Shown here in pieces: positions 47,960 through 64,000 of a stretch of DNA of 64,000 nucleotides (its first letter is position 1; each line of letters opens with the position of its first letter). The DNA is from the human T2T-CHM13v2.0 reference genome, Homo sapiens: the NCBI RefSeq assembly GCF_009914755.1, contig NC_060931.1; one strand, given 5' to 3'. Position numbers and translations under genes: made by a program. The notes under the pieces are model-generated. The model ran no database searches. It was not told the origin of the DNA and saw only the letters and a list, made by a program, of their open reading frames with translations.

Positions 47960-48572
47960 TGAGCCAGGGTCTCACTCTGTCACACAGGCTGGAGTGCAGT
48001 GGTGTGATCTCGGCTCCCTGCAACCTCCTCCTCCTGGGTTCAAGTAATTCTCCTGCCTCACCCTCCTGAGTAACTGGGACTACAAGACAGGTGGGCCACT
48101 ATGCCCGGTGAATTTCTGTATTTTTGGTAGTCAGGGTTTTGCCATGTTGCTTAGGCTGGGCTCAAACTCCTGAGCTCAAGTGATCCATCCAGCTTGGCCT
48201 CCAAAAGTGCTGGGATTATAGGCGTGAGCCACCACAGCCAGCTCCATTTATTGATTTTTTTGTAGAGACAAGGTCTCACTATATTGCTCAGGCCGGTCTC
48301 AAAGTACTGAGCTAAAGCAATCCTCCTGCCTTGGCCTACCCAAGTGCTAGGCTTATAGGCGTGAGCCACCGTGCCTGACCAATCCTTCCCACTTTTGTGT
48401 ATTTTTGTATCCTCTGGATCCAGCTAGGATTTGTGGAATCAGACAGCCAAGAAAAAAGAGGTGGTCTCGAGCCGCCATGCCCCTGCCTTTCTGACCTTGG
48501 TATCGGTCCACCATCCAGCCTGCCCTCTGAATGGGTCCACCTTTGCTCACTGTTTCAACCCGACAGCCATCA

Positions 48573-48930
<358 letters not shown>

Positions 48931-48934
48931 TTAG

Positions 48935-49707
<773 letters not shown>

Positions 49708-49841
49708 TAGACAGGGTTTCACCATGTTTGCCAGCCTGGTTTTGAACTCCTCAGCTCAGGTGATCCTTCAGCCTCGGCCTCCCAAAGTGCTGAGATTACA
49801 GGCGTGAGCCACCATGCCCGGCTTGAAATGCAATTATTTAG

Positions 49842-50120
<279 letters not shown>

Positions 50121-51232
50121 TGAACTCCTGAGCTCAAGCAATCTACCTGCCTCAGCCTCCCAGAGTGCTGAGATTACAGGTGTGCTCAGCCTAAGTTAAT
50201 CTTCTTTTCTGCAAACTCTGAGATATATGTATTGTATGATGTCATACAATACATATATCTCAGAGTTTACAGAAACTGCCAGCTCGTTAACCACTCATAT
50301 GCATACATATGGTTTACATATTATATACATGTATATATTATATTTATACCACATATATATGTCAACTGTATGTTGTGTATCACACAATTCACCCATTTAA
50401 AGTGTGCAATTCAAAACATATAGACCAATGGAACAAAATAGATAACCCAGAAATAAAGCCACACACCTATAACCATCTGATCTTCAACAAAGTTGACAAA
50501 AATAAGCAATGGAGGCTGGGGATGGTGGTTTACATCTATAATCCCAGAACCTTGGGAGGCAGAGGCAGGAGAATTGCCTGAGCCCAGGAGTTTGAGACCA
50601 ACCTAGGCAACATGGAAAGACCCCGCCTCCACAAATAAAATTCAAAAAATTAGTTGAGTGTGGTGGCGGGCACCTGCAGTTCCAGCTACTAGAGAGGCTG
50701 AGGCAGGAGGATCACCTGAGCCAGGGAGGTTGAGGCTGTAGTGAGCAATGGTCGTGCCACTGCACTACAGCCTTGGAGACAGAACAAGACCTTGTCTCAA
50801 AGAACAGGAAAGGGGAAAGGACTCCCACTTATTGGTCAATAAATGGTACTAAGATAACTGGCTATCCATATGCAGAAGAATGAAACTGGACCCCTATCAC
50901 CATATACAAAAATCAACTCAAGATAGATTAAAGACTTAAATGTAACACCTGAAAACTATAGAAATCCTAGAAGAAAATCTAGGGAATACCCTTCTTGACA
51001 TTGGCCTTGGCAAATAATTTTTGGCTAAGTCCTCCAAAGCAATTGCAACAAAACAAAAATTGACAAGTGGGACCTAAGGACACGAAAGTGCTTCTGCACA
51101 GCAAGAAAAACTACCAGAGTAAACAAACAGCCTGCAGAATGGGAGAAAGTATCCACAAGCTATGCATCCAACAAAGATCCAATATCCAAAATCTATAAGG
51201 AACTGAAATCAAGAAGCAAAAACCAAACAACC

Positions 51233-52103
51233 TCTGATGGTTAATACTGAGTGTCAACTTGATTGGGTTGAAGGATGCAAAGTACTGATCCTGGGCGTGT
51301 CTGTGAGGGTGTTGCCAAAGGAGATTAACATTTGAGTCAGTGGACTGGGAGAGGCAGACCCACCCTCAATCTGAGTGGGCACCATCTAATCAGCTGCCAG
51401 TACAGCTACAACATAAAGCAACCAGAAATACATGAAAACACTAGACTGGCCTAGCCTCCCAGCCTACATCTTTCTCCCTTGCTGGATGCTTCCTGTCCTC
51501 AAACATTGGACTCCAAGTTCTTCAGCTTTGGGACTCACACTGGCTTCCTTGCTCCTCAGCTTGCAGACAGCCTATTGTGGGACCTTGTGATCACACGAGT
51601 TAATACTCCTTAACAAACTCCCATATATATAGATACACATGTATCTACATATACACGCATATATATACACACACATATATCTATACATATGTACATGTAT
51701 AGATATAAGTATATACATATGTACATTTATAGATATATGTATATCTATACATATGTACATGTATAGGGATACATATATATACTTATGTGTGTATAGATAT
51801 ACGTATATCTATATGTATGTGTGTATATATGTATATCTATACATACATGTGTATATATACACGTATATCTATACATATGTGTGTATATATACACGTATAT
51901 CTATACGTATGTGTGCACATATATAGCGTATATACGTATGTGTGTATATATACGTATATCTATACGTATACACATATATACATATATACGCATATATACA
52001 CATATATACATATATACGCATATATATACACGTATATATATAAAAACACACACACATATATATATCTCCTATTAGTTCTGTCCCTCTAGAGAACTCTAAT
52101 ACA
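51233..52103 (+). mobile_element. MLT2A-type (HERV-L) solo LTR with expanded internal (TA/CA)n tract
   Basis: Begins t(c)tgatggttaatactgagtgtcaacttgattgg, ends ctcctattagttctgtccctctagagaactctaataca; 5-bp TSD caacc/caact. Confidence 0.88.
51622..52065. repeat. ~440-bp alternating purine-pyrimidine (TA/CA/TG/CG) microsatellite
   Basis: Directly visible; source of the I/Y/C/V-rich junk ORFs at 51572-52089. Confidence 0.95.
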
Positions 52104-53215
52104 CAACTCTATTAAAAAGTGGGCAAAGGACATAAACAGACACTTTTCAAAAGACATACAAGCAGCCAACGAACGTGAAAAAATGCTTGACATCACTAAT
52201 CATCAGAGAAATGCAAATCAAAACCACAATGAGATAACCTTCTCACATCAGTCAGAATGGCTTTTATTAGAAAGCCAAAAAATAATAGATGTTGACAGGG
52301 CTATGGAGAAAAGGAACACTTACATACTGTTGGTGGGAATGTAAAGTAGTTCAGCCCCTGTGGAAAGGAGTTTGAGATTTGTCAAGGAACCAAAAATAGA
52401 ACTACCATTCAACCCAGCAATCCCATTACTATGTACACATCCAAAAGAAAATATATTGTTACACCAAAAGGATACCTGCACCCATATGTTCACTGCAGCA
52501 CTACTGACAACAGCAAAGACATAGAATCAACTCAAGGGCCCATCAACAACGGATTGTATTTATTTATTTATTTATTTAATTTTTTTTTAGATGGAGTCTC
52601 GCTCTTGTCGCCCAGGCTGGAGTGCAATGGCACGATCTCGGCGCACTGCAACCTCCACCTCCCTGGGTTCAATCAATTCTCCTGCCTCAGCCTCTCGAGT
52701 AGCTAGGATTACAGGCATGCACCACCATGCCCAGCTAATTTTTGTATTTTTAGTAGAGACGGGGTTTCACTATGTTAGCCAGGCTGGTCTCAAACTGCTG
52801 ACCTCAAGTGATCCACCCACCTTGGCCCCCCAAAGTGCTAGGATTACAGGCATGAGCCACCGTGCCCGGCCCCAGATTGGATTTTTTAAATGTGGTTAAC
52901 ATATACCACAGAATACTACACAGCTATAAAAAAAGAACAAAATCATGTCCTCTGCAGCACCATGGATGGAGCTGGAGGCCATCATCCTAAACGAACTAAC
53001 ACAGATATAGAAAACCAGATACCACATGTTCTCATTTATAAGTGCAAGCTAAACATCAGATGCATATAGAAATAAAGATGCGGAACAACACACCCTGAAG
53101 AATACGAGGAGGACAGAGAGAGAGGGACAGGGGTTGAAAAACTACCTACTGGGGCCAGGCGCGATGGCTCACACCTGTAATCCCAATACTTTGGGAGGCC
53201 AAGGCGGGTGCATCA

Positions 53216-53413
<198 letters not shown>

Positions 53414-53414
53414 T

Positions 53415-53454
<40 letters not shown>

Positions 53455-53525
53455 AGACAGAAGAAAAAAGAAAAACTACCTACTACCTATTGGGTTCTAT
53501 GCTCACTACCTGGGTGATGGGTTCA

Positions 53526-54625
<1,100 letters not shown>

Positions 54626-55032
54626 ATTTAATCTTAAACACCTTCATTGATCTGCAGAATCACAATCAGACTGCATGTAAATTAGATATATGTGACAGGA
54701 AGTTTGCATAATTAAGGCTAAGCCAAGACATCCTTAAACCAAGATATCCTGAGGCCAGGTTCTGGCCCAGAAAGAGAAATAGTGTGTGGCAGACTTCAGA
54801 GAGCCAGATAAAAGGAGAAAGAAAACAGCATGAACTCTAACTGTTTTTTTCTTTTTTTTTTTTTTTTAAATACGTTTTTTTTAGAGACAGGGTCTTACGC
54901 TGTCAGCCAGGCTAGAATACAGTGGTACAGTCATAGCTCACTGCAGCCTTGACCACCTGGGCTCAAGTGATCCTCCTGCCTCAGCCTCCTGAGTAGCTGG
55001 TGCTACAGGCATGCACCACCATGCCTGGCTAA

Positions 55033-55188
<156 letters not shown>

Positions 55189-56467
55189 TGAATTTTTGTT
55201 CAGGGAGACAAAGACACTTCCAGAAGGGGCTGTGGAGGATATAAGTGGCTGGGACCTATCTGAGAGATGGCATTGACAGGAAGAATCTGGAATCTGCAGC
55301 CAGGCTGAGAGAGAATCTGCAGCTCTCAAGACAGGAGCCAAAGCTCACCCCACAGGGCCTGGCTCAGAAGTCAGAGTTCAGGCCAGGCATGGTGGCTCAT
55401 GCCTGTAATCCATGCACTTTGAGAGGCCAATGCAAGAGAATTGCTTGAAGCCAAGAGTTCGAGACCAGCCTGGGCAACAAAGCGAGACCCTGACTCAAAA
55501 AAAAAAAAAAAAAAAGAAAGAAGGGGGTGTTGAGAGAAGCCTTGAGATGGTCTTGTACCCCCAAAGACTTTTCATTGACCTGAAAGATGCCATTTGAAAC
55601 AAGAAAAGTTGCCTTGAATGCACAAGTTGTGTGGTTGTGGTTTCCTGTGAATGGGGGCCCCATAGCAAAGTAAGGTCAGTTATAGAATGTAAAGGGGATT
55701 ATCCATGTTGAGTACCATCTCCTAGGGTTTCAAGGCCTAGCCTACAGTCCTAGGATTGCAGACCAGAGCCCAACAGGATGAGCTTAGGGAAGAAGGGACA
55801 ATTTCCTGGCCAAGGACCTCCTGGGACAAAAGTCCAGACAGCTGGTTTTATGAAAGGTGGGAGCATAGCGCCACCCCGTGGCAGTTGGTGTGAGTGCCCC
55901 CAGCTTCTGGAACGGCACCCACAGGTGCAGTTCTGATTCCTAGAAGCAGAGCTCCCAGTGCCAATGGCAAAGGGTGGTCAGCCCAAAACCAGGGGCTAAT
56001 GAAGAACACAGCAGAGCCTCAGAGGTTCGATGGAGCACATTGGAACTGACCACGCTTTAATGTTCTGACTTGGGGCTGCATGCTCTCGTGCCACTACCCA
56101 ATCCCTGGGGGACAGGACAGAGCCAAAAAGGCCTGGGTTTGAATCCTGGCCCCACCACTTATAGGTGTGGTGGTTTAAAAATATGTCCACAACACTTTTA
56201 AAAGCTTAAGTCTCAGGCAACACAGCAAGACCCAGTCTTTACAAAAAGTAAATAAATGAGCTGGGTACCTTATCTTGCCATATCACCCAGGCTGGTCTTG
56301 AACTCCTGGGCTCAAGTGATCCTCCTGCCTCAGCCTCCCCAAGTGCTGGGACTACAGGTATGAGTCACTGGGCCTGGCTTCCTCACAGCTCTTGATGTTA
56401 GTTAGCGTCCTTGTAAGCTGTTCTGCAGATCCAAGTAAAGCCCTTGGTTCCTGGTGCATGGCACACA

Positions 56468-57365
<898 letters not shown>

Positions 57366-57419
57366 AATTTGTTCAATAGCCGTTAACTATTATTCTTGCT
57401 GCTGTTGCATAAAACCCAC

Positions 57420-57561
57420 CTTTGCCATCACCATCAGAGTCTGAATCATCATCATCATCTTTTAAGAGTATCTCCAGGGTGCTGCTGTTGTTATCATACA
57501 CCACGCAGTACTTCACACACTCCAGGTCCACAGACTCCGGGAGAAGATATTCATTATTTTT
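57420..57561 (-). CDS. STYXL1: STYXL1 exon 4 ([47 protein letters not shown])
   Basis: tttaag|...|gtgggt; 142 nt; rhodanese VVYD motif; upstream exons lie outside the window. Confidence 0.95.
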
Positions 57562-57947
57562 CTTAAAAAAAAAAACACACACACACAAGAGAGGCCTGTT
57601 GGTGGGCAGGTTCGGTTGAGCAGAGACTCCCTGCATAGCAGCACTGGGAGGAGCTAAGACCGCACTCTCTCCCCTGACTATACACACAGGCCCAGAAGCA
57701 CTGAGACAGTGGATGGAGAGTCTGTTAAATCCCAAGGATCCTCCACAACTGTGTTCCCTTCTGAGAAAAGCTGACCACAGCTGACTGGACCAGAGAGAAG
57801 TGCCTGACCAAAGAACAGCTGGTCTGCTGACTGATCCACAGCCTATTAGGTACCCTGGTGTCAGAGAAACCATGGTCAATTGAATTAGTGATATCCTTTC
57901 TCATGGGGAGAGTGTCTGGCAGTGGAGATTGAATCCAGAAATACCAG

Positions 57948-64000
<6,053 letters not shown>

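Noticed and set aside
51572-52089. Ile/Tyr/Cys/Val-rich ORFs on both strands
   Set aside because: Translations of the TA/CA microsatellite

Overview
Human (Alu-rich primate) genomic DNA matching the 7q11.23 POR-TMEM120A-STYXL1 locus; the locus name comes from recognising the translated exons. + strand: POR (NADPH-cytochrome P450 oxidoreductase), from intron 2 through coding exons 3-16 (8057-22137) to its poly(A) signal at 22491. - strand: the complete 12-exon TMEM120A/TACAN gene (CDS 30137-22828, 1032 nt = 343 aa + stop), tail-to-tail with POR, with a CpG-island promoter near 30200-30350. Also - strand: STYXL1/MK-STYX pseudophosphatase exons 4-9 (57561-32035). All exon boundaries were read as GT-AG and checked for reading-frame continuity. 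The rest is dense Alu, L1, MIR, MER2 and LTR (MLT2A, ERV1-type) sequence plus simple repeats, and nearly all other ORFs in the track are Alu or GC-rich artefacts. I found no clearly new protein-coding system. The best leads are: (1) a phase-compatible STYXL1 exon 8 to TMEM120A exon 2 read-through fusion, with no recognisable poly(A) hexamer behind STYXL1; (2) a diverged ~200-bp hairpin-rich element duplicated into POR introns 7 and 8; (3) a perfect DR5 and other nuclear-receptor/AhR motifs in POR intron 2; (4) interdigitated POR/TMEM120A poly(A) signals followed by a G-quadruplex-prone VNTR; (5) a CFTR-like (TG)6(T)11 acceptor at STYXL1 exon 4; (6) a recursive-splice-like junction at POR exon 10. 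Repeat boundaries are approximate and subfamily names are from memory of consensus sequences.
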